This document shows, piece after piece, positions 51,491-63,503 of a stretch of DNA of 64,000 nucleotides. Location of the stretch: positions 103,728,001 through 103,792,000 of the forward strand of contig CM052817.1 in NCBI GenBank assembly GCA_028534125.1. The letters run 5' to 3'. The notes under the pieces were generated by a model. The model was not told where the DNA came from. It saw only the letters and a program-made list of their open reading frames with translations, and did no database searches. The translations under genes and the position numbers were made by a program. This DNA comes from Lama glama. Taxonomy: Eukaryota. The number at the start of each line of letters is the position of its first letter. Position 1 is the first letter of the stretch.

Positions 51491-52193
51491 CTCGCCAATG
51501 AGCTCATTAAAAATAATGAAGTAGATCCATATTTCTAGAATGGAAGCAAATGGTAGACTAATATGTACTGGATAATACTAATCATTTAAACAAAATTTCA
51601 AAGATTCCCCTTTGTATGTCTTTGATCTTGGAAGAAAATCTATAAATCTTTTATATTTTTAAGTAATGCTTGATTTTTTGTTGTTGTTCCTGTTGCTGTT
51701 TCACTTCTATAATTTAAAAAGTGAATCGGATCATTTTAAAGATGAGTTGGTTTTCCCCGACCCTGCTTTCTCAATGGTGCACTGTAGGGTGGGAGGTTTA
51801 AACTAACAGAAAATTCAACTTAAATCAGCTTATTCAAAACACAGAAAATGTTTTCACATTTCATTTCTGATGTTCCCTGTAAGTTGGCCACATCCCAGCT
51901 TCACAATGTTGTGAAGGGGAGGGCTGCTGCCAGCAGCCAAGCTCACGTCCTCATGGCCTCTCCATTGGTCCCTAGAGGACTTTCCTCCCCAGTCACATGG
52001 AGGAACTCTAATTATCACAGTTGTATGATTTGTCAAGACCCAGCGCCTAACACAAGGAGTGGCGTTTGCAGACACGTGTGACCTGACTTCCTCAAGACCC
52101 AAAGCCAACTATCACGGCAAGGGAAACACAACCAGAGCAGAAAGGGTAGCCTGTTTCCCAAATAAGACAGAAGTACTAGGCACGTGAAAACCA

Positions 52194-52217
52194 CCACACA
52201 CACACACACACACACAC
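52194..52217. repeat. (CA)n microsatellite
   Basis: Direct reading. Confidence 0.9.
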
Positions 52218-53014
52218 TCCATATCTGGGAGGTATTGAGAGATATTATTTTGACTAATAAAATATAAATCATTTCAATGAGTTAAAAAATCAATAGTAGC
52301 TTTTGTCTTTGTAGATTTTCTCAAGTATTAGATTCTAAAAATATAAGTTCCTTTTTGTAAAAAGGGATAAACTATTTTATTACTATTAAAAAATTTCCTC
52401 ATGTTCAAAGAGTTGAAATCTCTGGTGGAGGTCTGAGCTAGACTGTTGGTAGTGTTAATGGAAAGGATGTTCAGTTGGAGAGGGATTTTAATAGTGGGAA
52501 GTAGAGAGGTTGGAAAGTGTCAGTTATGGGGACAGAGAATAGGCAAGAGTAAAATTTACATTGTTTCATGTTTTGGTAATTGCTTTAAAAACTTGACAAT
52601 AAAATCAGAGGGTCCAGAGATATGAAAGTCAAGAATCAAGCTTAGTAATAAATATTTTGTCTTTCTGCTTCGTATTTCACTCAATAAACTTATGGAGAAA
52701 TAATACATCTTTATTATTGTTTATTTAAGACATGAGGATTATTGTGTGTAAAAGACAGTCTGGGAATGCCAAGCTCAGGGAGAAATGAGCAAATTAGGGA
52801 GACACATGCAGGACTTTTGGATTTGGGCTTGGTTTCTGCAAGGAACATTTTCTATAGCAAATGCTTGATGGTACAACTAAAATACTTTTGGCAGAACTGT
52901 AGAGAGAAAATCCCTCTGGCTTCCAAGGACAAGAAAGACTGATTTAATAGTGACACTGTGTTCTGGGCTGCTCTTTTGGTCAGAGAGTGAGTACACTTGC
53001 AGCTGTGAGTAAAC

Positions 53015-53080
53015 TGAGGTACACCAGGACCTGGTGCGTGCTAAGCACACACGCTATCACTGAGCTGCTACCCTCCCTCC
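53015..53080 (-). mobile_element. Vic-1-like SINE head fragment
   Basis: CCAGGACCTGGTGCGTGCTAAGCACACACGCTATCACTGAGCT..TACCCTCCC is the antisense head. Confidence 0.75.
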
Positions 53081-53081
53081 C

Positions 53082-55070
53082 AAGCACTTTTCTGACCACA
53101 ACACTATGAGACTAGACTACAAGACACAAAATACTGCAAAAAATACAACATGTGGAAGCTAAACAAACTGGTCATGAAATAAATCAGAGGAAATAAAAAG
53201 TACCTAGAGACAAATGAAAATGAAGCACAGCAATCTAAAATCTACGGGATGCAGAAAAAGCAATTCTTAAGGGGAATTTTATAGTGATACATGCTTACAT
53301 CAGAAAACAAGAAAAATCTCAAATATACAACCTAACTTTACACCTAAAAGAACTAAAAAAAGAACAAACAAAACCCAAAGTTAGAAGAAGACAGGGAATA
53401 ATATAGAGCAGAAATTAATGAAATAGAGACTTGAAAAACATCAATAAAACTAAGAGCTGGTTCTTTGAAAAGGTAAACAAAATAGATAAACAAGAAAAAG
53501 ATAGCTCAAATATATAAATTAAGAAATGAAAGAGCAAAAGTTACTGTTGACACCACAGAAATACAGATCATCATAGGAGATTATTACAAACAATTACATA
53601 CCAATAAAATGGACAACCAAGGAGAAATGGATATTTCTAGACACATACAATCTCTCAAAACTGAATCAGGAAGAAATCTAAAATGTGAACAGATTGATTA
53701 TCAGTAATCAAATTGAATCAGTAATAAAAAAAAAAAGCTTCCAACAAAGAAAAGCCAGGACCAGACAGCTTCAGAGGTAAATGCTACCAAACATTTAAAG
53801 AAGAGTTCACACCTATTCTTAAACTGTCCTAAAAAATGGAAGCAGAAGAAATGCTTCCAAACTCATTCCACCAGGACAGCATTACCTTGATACCAAAACC
53901 AGACAGGTGTCACACACAAAAAAACTACAGGCCAATATCCTAGATGCAAAATGACTCAACAAAATCTTAGCCCACCAAATTCAACAATATATTAAAAGAT
54001 CAATCACCATGACCATGATCGTACACCATGGCATTTACTCCTGGGGCACAAGAATGGTTCACTATCCACGAATCAGTCAATGTAATACACCACATTAACA
54101 TACTGAAGAGTAGAAATTATATGATAACCTCAAAAGCTGCAGAAAAAGCTTTTGACAAAATTCAACATCCATTTATTTATTAATTTTTGTTTGCTTATTA
54201 ATCTATATTTATTAATAATTACTAATTTAAATTTTTTATTAAATACAGCTGCATATTAACATACAATGCCTGAGCTTCTAATGAGCTGAAAAGAGCACAT
54301 GGTAGCATGCTGTAGTAATTCATTTTATTCCAAGACTAAGAAACTGGATAATTTGATCAATGCATTCATTGTGTCATAAGTGAATGTGTGGTTTCTATTA
54401 GGCTATCCGAAATAGGAACATGGCCTTCAGATGCTGACTTGCAAACTACTCATACAGACTTATTTACAAGTGAGGGGAAAATGGTCCATGAAAATAAAGT
54501 CACTTCTTCACAGTTAAAAGTAAATTGTAACCAAATGTGACTAGACAACATCCATTTATGACACAGACTCTCAACACAATGTTTATAGAGGGAACACACC
54601 TCAACATAACAAAGGCCATGTATGATAAATCCACAGTCAACATCACACTCAGCTGAAAAGCTGAAAGCGTTTCCTCCAAGATCAGGAAGACAAAAACAAG
54701 TCAGACAGAGAAAGAGAAATGCTGTATGGTCTCATTTATACATGAAGTCTTCAAAACAAAACAAACAAAACAAAATGAAAATAGACTCATAGATACAGAG
54801 AACAAATAGGTTCTTGCCACAGAGGAGAAGGGTGGGAGGCAAGGAAACAGATGAATGGCTGAGGTACAAACATCCAGCTGTAAAATAAATAGGCCATGGT
54901 GATGTGATACACAGCATAAAAATATGGTCAATAATATTGTAATAGTTTTGTATGGGGACAGATTGTTACTAGATTTGTTGATCATTTCATAGTATATGCA
55001 AATGTCAAATTACTGTATATTGCATCTGAAACTATAACATTGTAAATGAACTATATTTCAATAAAAAATA
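53082..55070 (+). mobile_element. L1 ORF2 fragment + 3'UTR, interrupted by a 369-bp insertion
   Basis: AGAGCTGGTTCTTTGAAAAG, ATACCAAAACCAGACA, GCTTTTGACAAAATTCAACATCC; jumps to 3'UTR near 54695. Confidence 0.88.
54177..54545 (-). other. Orphan retroposed insertion (unrecognised sequence with A-rich tail)
   Basis: Perfect 14-bp duplication CAACATCCATTTAT at 54163-54176 and 54546-54559; minus-strand AATAAA near 54235-54240 followed by an A/T-rich tail. Confidence 0.75.
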
Positions 55071-55074
55071 TAGA

Positions 55075-56490
55075 AAATTAAAACTTCATTGATAAATTAT
55101 AGAGACCTAAGTAGATGGAAAGATAAACATATCCATGAATAGGAAAACTCAATATCATACAGATATGAGTTCTCTTCATTACTGATCTATAGATTCAATT
55201 CAATTCAAAACATTATTTCAGCATGGTTTGGGGGGAACTTGACAAGCAGATTTTAAAATTTATGGAAAGAGCAAAGAGTTAGTGGTAAAAGACAACCAAA
55301 TTGAGAAAAAATAGAATGATCTACTTAATAAGATGGTGCAGTGCTGACATAAAGATCGATAAATAAAAATAAAACAAAATAGGAACTTAAACCTACACGT
55401 TACTTGTAACAGGGATCGCGTTTGCAGATTATTGGAAGAAAGAAAGGCCGATACAGTAAAATATTTGGCATTGTCACCTATACTTGTGGCACAGAAGTTC
55501 CTTCCCAGATGTATTTTTTTAAGATAAACTCCTGCACAAAGATTTCATAGCAGCACCACTCAATAACAACAAGAAAAAACTGTATTTATATTTCACTTTA
55601 TAGAATTAATATAAGTTTTTGAAAGAGTAAGTTTTAAATGTAAAATCAAGATCTCAAAACTTCAAGGAATAATACTGAGGGGAAAATCTTCATAATTTTA
55701 CTAATCAGAACAACAAAAGATAAAATTACTATGCTACTAGGTTGACATTAAGAATTTATTTCCTTGTTAAAGACACAATAAAACGTGACAAGACAAAAAT
55801 ATAAAAGATATTTGTGATACACACAACTGCCAAAGAATTCCTGTGTATCAGTAAGAAAACACCCACAGTCAAAATAACAGAGTATGTGAACAAGTCTTTC
55901 ACAGAAAGAAAACATGAATTATAAGTGAGCATTTGAAAATATATTCATCCTTATTAATATATAGAGAAATGAAGTGTAATATTATTTATAGCTACTAGAT
56001 TTTCAAAACTTGAAGTCTGTTAATATCAAGTGTTATAGAGAATGCGACTCAGTGGGACGTCTTATACATTGTTGGTGAGAGTATAAATTAATGCTACCAA
56101 ATTAGAATGATATTTGGCTTTATCATATACCCCATGATAGAGAAACTCCCATTTTAAATCAATTTCTAGACAAACTCTTACACAGGAGAAGTACAAAAAT
56201 GTCTCTAGCAGCACTAGTAATCATAGAAATAATTAAGAACAACTCAAATCTTAATGAAAAGTAGAACTGGAAAAAAAATACAGACCTTAATGGGGGTATG
56301 TCAAATGGGGAACAGAAGCCATCTCAAAGAGCACCCAGTAACCAAAGCAGTATTTGGTTATAATCCATAGTTAGAATTAGACAGAGATAAAGATTGCATA
56401 CAACATTATGAATGCACTAAATGCCACTGAATTGTTTGCTCTAAAGTGGTTAATTTAATGTTTATGTGAATTTCACCTCAAAAAAATAAA
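55075..56490 (+). mobile_element. Very old L1 fragments (L1ME-like), with an L1MB-type 3' end at ~56390-56490
   Basis: AGAGACCTAAGTAGATGGAAAGATA, TGATCTATAGATTCAA, AATGCCACTGAATTG...TATGTGAATTTCACCTCAA. Confidence 0.65.
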
Positions 56491-56939
56491 AGAGAGATAC
56501 TTAGCAGCAGAATTAGCAGTAACCTCTGAAGAACATAGTAGCAAAGTCAACAGAGCAGCATGATTTCACTCCACATTCTTCCATAGCAGTCTCTGTTTTC
56601 TTAGGTTTCTAGGATCAAATGCTATGGTGGAAACTATTGGGTTTCCATGGTAAAGAAACAAAACACAGAGCACTGGTATTTAGAGATGTGGTCTATCTAG
56701 TGTATACTAACCAGAAAATGAAGCCTGGGTCATAACAACTCAAAGTATTAACAGTTACTATTAATAAATAAAGGGATCCTATACTTCCTGAATTCATTTT
56801 TAAAAAGTGAGATACGAAAAAGCTGATTGGAAGTGCTTTGCGCACACACAGGGCTTTTTAAATATAAAGTGTTAGCGGGGCACTGAATGTCAGTATCTTT
56901 AGGTCTTTTCTCATGGGCTGGTCAGATCCTTCAAACAAG

Positions 56940-57129
56940 TAGGTTGCCAGATTTAGCAAATAAAAATGTAAGATTCCCAATTAAATATTATTCTATTTAA
57001 ACAAAGAGTAACTTTTTAGAATAATTGTGACTCGATTATTAAGGGGATATAGTGATATTGAAAAATTATTTATTCTTTATCTGAAATTCAAATTTAATTG
57101 AGCACCCCATATTTTATCTGGCAACCCTA
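56940..57129. mobile_element. MER53 hAT MITE
   Basis: TIRs TAGGTTGCCAGAT / ATCTGGCAACCCTA, ~190 bp, internally palindromic. Confidence 0.88.
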
Positions 57130-57646
57130 GAGCCAAGCCTCTTACAATTTCCTGCCTGCGATGTAGAATCCTTTCTGCCAGCATTCTTGGAACTAGGCTC
57201 AAACAGGAGATGGGGGTTTCCACATTTCCTGTATAAGTTATCAATTAAATGCCTGTTTTGATCTATAGTTTTCCACCAGCTGTTTTACTACTACCAAGGA
57301 ATAAAGTTCCAATCTTCTGCTGGGGTGGAGAAGATCATTTGGCAATTGAAATCTTATTAATCAGCTTTTAAACTTCTCATCTATTTTCAGTATCATGTTT
57401 ACACCCACTTCAGTTCTGTATACCCTCTTCTAGATGAACCTGTTACCACCAGTTCGAGAGTTTTGCCATCTGTGGTGGCAATTGTGTTTGTTCTTGGCTT
57501 TCTTTGCAGCCAGTTCGGGGTTAGGTTTACTCCATTTTCTATGACAGTTATCACTTATCTATTTTTCAGTTTTATAAATCCATCCATTTGGGGAAGGAGT
57601 GGACGCAAATATGTATCTTCAAATTTTCTTTAACCAGAAGTCAAAC

Positions 57647-58012
57647 TGTCTTAGTCTGTTCAGGCAGCTAGAACAGAACACCATAGACTGTTATACCATA
57701 CTGGTTATAACAGTAGAAGTTTATTTCTCAACATTCTGCAGACTGAGAAGCCCCAGATCAGGGTACCCGCAGATTTGGTGTCTGATGAAGCCCTGCTTCC
57801 TGGTTCATATACAACTGTCTTCTCCCTTTGTCCTCACGGTGGAAGGAGCAAGGGAATTCTATGGGATCTCTTTCATAAGGACATGAATATAATTCATGAG
57901 GGTTCCACACACTAACCAATCTCCCTAAGGTCTCAACTTCAAATAACATCATATTGGGGATCAGGTTTCAACATATGAATTTTGGGGGCATGCAAACATT
58001 TAGTCTATAGCA
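57647..58012 (-). mobile_element. MaLR LTR (MLT1A-like)
   Basis: TGTCTTAGTCTGTTCAGGC...CAACATATGAATTTTGGGGG..AAACATTTAGTCTATAGCA. Confidence 0.9.
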
Positions 58013-58335
58013 CAGATCTAGATATTTAGTAGTGACAAAGAACAAATAATCTTAACCAAGTAAACTCTTCTTAGGAATAAAAAGTGAGATAATAATTACT
58101 AGCTCTTTTTATAAGGGAATATAATTCAATAAAAATATCAAAAAATATTTATGAGAAAATGAGTTTAATTTTTTCCCACAGATATTAGGAAACCATGCCA
58201 AACAATTGATTTTGTATTATTTATATTAACATACTTAAAAACAACATCTTGAGCAACTTGAATTTATACTAGGAATGTAAGGATTTTTTTAACGTTAGAA
58301 AATGTGTTAATGTAATTAATCAAAAGATACAAAGA

Positions 58336-58835
58336 NNNNNNNNNNNNNNNNNNNNNNNNNNNNNNNNNNNNNNNNNNNNNNNNNNNNNNNNNNNNNNNNN
58401 NNNNNNNNNNNNNNNNNNNNNNNNNNNNNNNNNNNNNNNNNNNNNNNNNNNNNNNNNNNNNNNNNNNNNNNNNNNNNNNNNNNNNNNNNNNNNNNNNNNN
58501 NNNNNNNNNNNNNNNNNNNNNNNNNNNNNNNNNNNNNNNNNNNNNNNNNNNNNNNNNNNNNNNNNNNNNNNNNNNNNNNNNNNNNNNNNNNNNNNNNNNN
58601 NNNNNNNNNNNNNNNNNNNNNNNNNNNNNNNNNNNNNNNNNNNNNNNNNNNNNNNNNNNNNNNNNNNNNNNNNNNNNNNNNNNNNNNNNNNNNNNNNNNN
58701 NNNNNNNNNNNNNNNNNNNNNNNNNNNNNNNNNNNNNNNNNNNNNNNNNNNNNNNNNNNNNNNNNNNNNNNNNNNNNNNNNNNNNNNNNNNNNNNNNNNN
58801 NNNNNNNNNNNNNNNNNNNNNNNNNNNNNNNNNNN
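58336..58835. other. Assembly gap (500 N)
   Basis: N run. Confidence 1.
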
Positions 58836-58869
58836 GTTTTACTTAATAATTTAAAATATCCTGTATCTC

Positions 58870-59123
58870 TCAGACTTGTGGTTACCAGGAGGGTAGAGGG
58901 TGGGAAGGGATAGACTGGGACTTCAAAATTGTAGAATAGACAAGCAAGATTACACTGTATAGCACAGGGAAATATACACAAAATGTTATGATAAATCACA
59001 GAGAAAAAAATGTGACAATGAGTGTGTATATGTCCATGAATGACTGAAAAATTGTGCTGAACACTGGAATTTGACACAACATTGTAAAATGATTATAAAT
59101 CAATAAAAAATGTTAAAAAAAAA
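58870..59123 (+). mobile_element. Young L1 3' end (similar to the 3' end at 26780)
   Basis: GGGATAGACTGGGACTTCAAAATTGTAG...CAATAAAAAATGTTAAAAAAAAA. Confidence 0.9.
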
Positions 59124-59657
59124 TAAGACACTTTACATATTTTCACACAGTATCATTTCCCCATTGGAATTGCCTGGCACCATACATTAGTGCATCCAGG
59201 TGACTGAGCTTTTCTTTTTCACTCACATATTTGGCATTGTGTAGAAGCATCCAAACAGCCACAAACCAACTGAGTCTAGTCAAGGAGTTAAGTACAGGGC
59301 GTTAAGGAGGTGGTCTACTCTCTTTGTGCTACAGCTAAAGAAAGACACACAGCAGTAAAAGGAGAAACTCAAGGACAAGCCCACGGACAAACCAATAGCT
59401 CAGGACTTAGGGCTCAGATGTTCTTATCTCTCCTTGGGGTAAACGTTTTACTGTTTCATTCTACCCTCATTTTCATAGGATAGTAATGAAAACCAGTGCT
59501 TCCTGTCTCTGAGCACTGTGTTAGGCATTTTATGTGGGTTCTTCCAAACAACAAACATTTGTTGAAAACTCACTGTCATAGGCAATGGGAACTTAAAAAT
59601 AAAGAGAAGTAAAACACAACCATTGGCTGCAAGGGATCACAATGTAATAGAGGAACA

Positions 59658-60245
59658 AATATTGAAAGGTCTACTCTAAATAGAAAAAAAGCAGGAAGCA
59701 TTAGAAACAGGAAAACCATAAGTGGAAATGCAATAACTACAATGATTTGCAACAGAATAAATATGAAGTTGTTGAAAAAAAAAGGACATCAAAATCATAA
59801 AAGGTGGGATAGGGGAGCAAGAAAATATAGATTTTTTTCCTCTCTCTTCTCTTTTTTCTTTCTTTTTTCCCCTTCATTCTCTTTAGGATGTGTTTGCGCC
59901 GACATGACTACCAGTCTAAAGCAAACAGATATAGTCAGATATAGTAAGGGGTTAACATACTTAAAAAACAAGTTAATCAAAAGCATACAATAGAGTCACA
60001 AAAACCAAAAAGAAACCAAACTAATACAAAAGAAAATTATCAAAGCAGAAAAATACCATGGATAAAAAATAAATTTCTTTTGTATAGCATAGGGAACTAT
60101 ATTCAATAGCTTGTAGTAACCTATGGTGAAAAATATTAAAATGAATATATGTATGTTCATATATGACTGAAGCATTGTGCTGTACACCAGAAATTGACAC
60201 ATTTTAAACTGACTATACTTCAATAAAAATATATATTAAAAAAAA
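59658..60245 (+). mobile_element. L1 ORF1-end/inter-ORF spacer joined to 3'UTR tail
   Basis: AATATTGAAAGGTCTACTCTA matches the ORF1 end at 28923 (reverse complement); switches to the 3'UTR tail near 60062. Confidence 0.8.
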
Positions 60246-60285
60246 TGAACAGTATCGTTGATCCTAAGTAATTTGCTCAGGCTAA

Positions 60286-60337
60286 CTTCCTTCCTTCCTT
60301 CCTTCCTTCCTTCCTTCCTTCCTTCCTTCCTTCCTTT
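60286..60337. repeat. (CTTC)n tetranucleotide microsatellite
   Basis: Direct reading. Confidence 0.95.
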
Positions 60338-60393
60338 CTTCTTCCTCCTTCCCTTCCTGTTTTACTTATAGAATGGTAGAATGGTGGGAAATA

Positions 60394-60611
60394 CAGTCAG
60401 GCTCTTTATCCATATATTCCACGTCCTTGCATTCAACCAGCTGTGGATGGATTTGCTGGAACTCGAGGATGCAGGACCAGTGATACAGAGGGCCAACTGT
60501 ACAACAAACATAACACTGCCAGTTTCTGTAAGGGACTTGAGCAACTGAGGATTCTGGTATCCGTGGCGGGTCCTGGAACCAATGCCCCCAGGATACTAAA
60601 GGATGACAGTG
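60394..60611. mobile_element. MER2-like Tigger MITE
   Basis: TA-CAGTC..TATCC...ATTCAACC...AAGGGACTTGAGCA...TGGTATCC...GGTCCTGGAACCAAT. Confidence 0.82.
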
Positions 60612-60882
60612 TTCTGTAAAAATTATGGAGGTAGAAAAAAGTTAATAGAAAGTTTAGTAAAATCAAGTGCTTGGTTAGTACCTGGAATCATTTAAAATTT
60701 TTCATGTATATCAAAATAAACATAACAATAAACTATTTAATATATCTATTTTCTAAGAAAAAATAAGATGAAGATTATTGAGTTTTCCTATGTTTTACAC
60801 GGAGACTAATCTATAAATGAGAAAATGTCACTCGGATTTCTTGTAGAAATATTTTACTTAACTAAAGCAAATTTTGTCAATA

Positions 60883-61483
60883 TGTTACCAGGAGGAGGGG
60901 AATAAAAGTTACCTTGGTTCTTAGTCATCCCCCCAAAAAAGAGTTTCTAATAGGAGATGGAAAGCATGATATAAACAGAAGATTTTATTAGTGAAGTAAA
61001 AATGTAGTAAAACATAGTACGTCCCCCGAGAACTGGGGGCGAACCAATCCAGGAGAGGAAAAATGGTGCCGCTCCTTTGTTTTCCCTGTTTTTATGTCCT
61101 GGTTTAGAGGCGTTTTCTTGATTGACTGATTCACAGCTCAGGTTCTCTGAGTGCTCAGGCTGACTGACAGCTCCCGTTCCTCGTGCTCAGGCATGCCCAT
61201 CTCTTTATGCATGTTCTTCCCCATGATGCACACCTACACAGGGGGCTCAAATTGTAACATTAATTACATTATAGTGAGCATGGTGTCAAGTTAAGCCTGG
61301 TCCTTCTCTCTACTGCACAGCTGCAGCATTCGGTTTTAGCTGACTTCTTTGCTGGCCCTCATTTAGAGAAAGTAAAAGTTTTTTGGAGCCCTTTATCCTG
61401 AGTGCAAGCGTACTGCTATTTTCTGGGTTGCTCCCACCCTCTTCTTCTCCCCTTGCCTGGTGCTCATTTCTAACTGCCTAACA
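60883..61483 (-). mobile_element. ERV solo LTR, family X copy 3
   Basis: TGTTA...TAACA termini; near-TSD AATA/AATG; shares CTCATTTAGAGAAAGTAAA with copy 1. Confidence 0.85.
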
Positions 61484-61926
61484 AATGGAAGCTTTGGTCA
61501 AGAAAAAACAAAACCGTTTTTTACAAAAGTATATAATTTTGAATTGTATAATTGAAATACTTAATGGTTTATTTTAATTTTGGCAGACTTGAGAGGGGAC
61601 CATTTTAGGGAATACAACTTTGGTGAAAGAAGTTGCAGCATCTAGATTTTCATGATGACACAGAATCAAATCGATAAATGCTTTAGTTTACAATTGCTCT
61701 GTAAATTTCTTGTCTGTGGACTAAATATATGTTCTCTGGGTGTTCTCAACCATATGGTGTGTCTTCTTTTTTAAGTGCCTTGGGTTCAGTTGCTTTGAAT
61801 AGTAGAGTAAAAGATGAGCTTAAGAAATTGTGAAAACTGAGTCAGATGTTGCAAGTTGATTCAAGACAGATTTGGCTAAAAATGTTCAATTTTTTCATCT
61901 AAGAATAAATAATTATAGTATGCATC

Positions 61927-62146
61927 TGTATTAGTCAGTGTCCTCCAGTAAGTCAAAGCCAACAGAATGTGTTGCTGAAAGAGTTGTAGTTTGAGTCCAA
62001 AGGCAGTCGGCTGGCAGAATCCCTCTGTCAAAGAGAGGCCAATCTTTGTTCTATTAAGGCCTTCAACTGATTGAATGAAGCCCACCCACCTTGTGGAGAA
62101 CAATCTGCTTTCCTTAAAGTTCACTGATTAAAATGTTACTCTCATC

Positions 62147-62177
<31 letters not shown>

Positions 62178-62256
62178 CAAAAACCTTCACAGAAACATAC
62201 AGAATAATGTTTGACCAAATATCTGAGCACCACAGCACATAAAATTAACCATCACA
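61927..62256 (-). mobile_element. ERVL MLT2-type LTR with internal (AAAAC)n
   Basis: TGTATTAGTCAG...GGCCTTCAACTGATTG...AAAATTAACCATCACA; near-TSD GCATC/CCATC. Confidence 0.88.
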
Positions 62257-63407
62257 CCATCTCAAAAGAATATTCTGAGTATTAAATAATTTAAAACAGG
62301 TAAAGCACTTAGGACATTGTCTGACACATAACATTCTTTGAATGTTAACTCTTATTGTTGTTGTTATTAATATGTAGTTACTTTGCTAGAATGGTATTAA
62401 AAATGACTACTGTTTTATAGCTTGTATGAGAAATGCTTCTATTGTTTGAATGATAAGAGACATTTTAAGTGATCATGGAAAACAGCAAACATGACTTAGA
62501 TAAGAACTTCCTGGTAAACTGTCGGATGTTCTCATTCACATTGAACCTTTGCAAAGAGAAATACATTTGTGTACCTATCCCAAGGCAAATACACTGGGGG
62601 AAAATGTCTTTTACGCTTTTTTCCTTGGCACTTTTAGAGATACAACCCTTTCCTTTCCAGTGGTAGAAAAGGCTCCAGTCCTCAAATCTGATCAGGACAA
62701 GTGGCTTACTTCCTTTTAAAGTTAGGGTTTGCTTTTTTCCCTTCTTTTGCTGCTGGTGGGAAATCTGTATAAAATAAAGGCCCATTTCATAAAATCTTAT
62801 GCAGCAGTGCAGTTACATTATTCACACTTAGTCCAAATACAGAAGTTCATTACAAGCAGAGAAGTTTTGAAAGATATGCGGCTCGCAGGAGGATTTGGCC
62901 TCCCACCAAGGCAATGATTCATGAGTGCGCAAGGTTAGGGACTCGCCTTCCTTCTCTGCTCCTGTTGCGTTGTAGGGTTTTTACTGCCTGGCTTGCAGAT
63001 CCAACAACGCAAGCCCACAGTTCAGAGATCAGCAGTTTCCTGCTCTGACAGTGATGATGGTCTCCCTTTCTTCTTTGCTTGTGACTTCTGTCAAAGCTTT
63101 TCTAGTTTTTTTTTTTTTTAATCACCGTGTGTGAGGAACTCTCTACTCAGATCCCTTAATAAATTATGGCTTTTCTCAAACCACTTTTCTAACTTCCCAT
63201 GTAGTGCAAGATGATTTGAAATGACTGTCTTTTATTTTGAACACCCTTGGCTTTTACGATTTTTTTTTTCCCCTCAGTCTTTGAACTGCTTATTTCCCCC
63301 TCGCGGCACACGGGAGTTCATTCCACGGGCAGACAGTTTTGCTGCTTCTGGTATGAGAAATCATTGCTCTGTGGCTTCTCTTCTGTCCTCTGTTCTTTGT
63401 CTTTCAG

Positions 63408-63503
63408 CTTTATTAATAGCTAATCTCATAAAGGGCTCTGCTCACACAGCAGCTGTAATGGTCCTGAGGCAGGGCTGGTGTAACGCACCCGCCGGAGTGG
63501 AAG
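63408..63503 (+). other. Candidate spliced exon (96 bp)
   Basis: ~30-nt polypyrimidine tract ending TTTCAG, donor AAG|GTATGG, one open frame; no homology recognised. Confidence 0.3.

Noticed and set aside
56940..57129. Long palindrome as a novel structured RNA
   Set aside because: Explained by the MER53 MITE structure.
58316..59077. 253-aa ORF
   Set aside because: Antisense L1 3'UTR plus an N gap.
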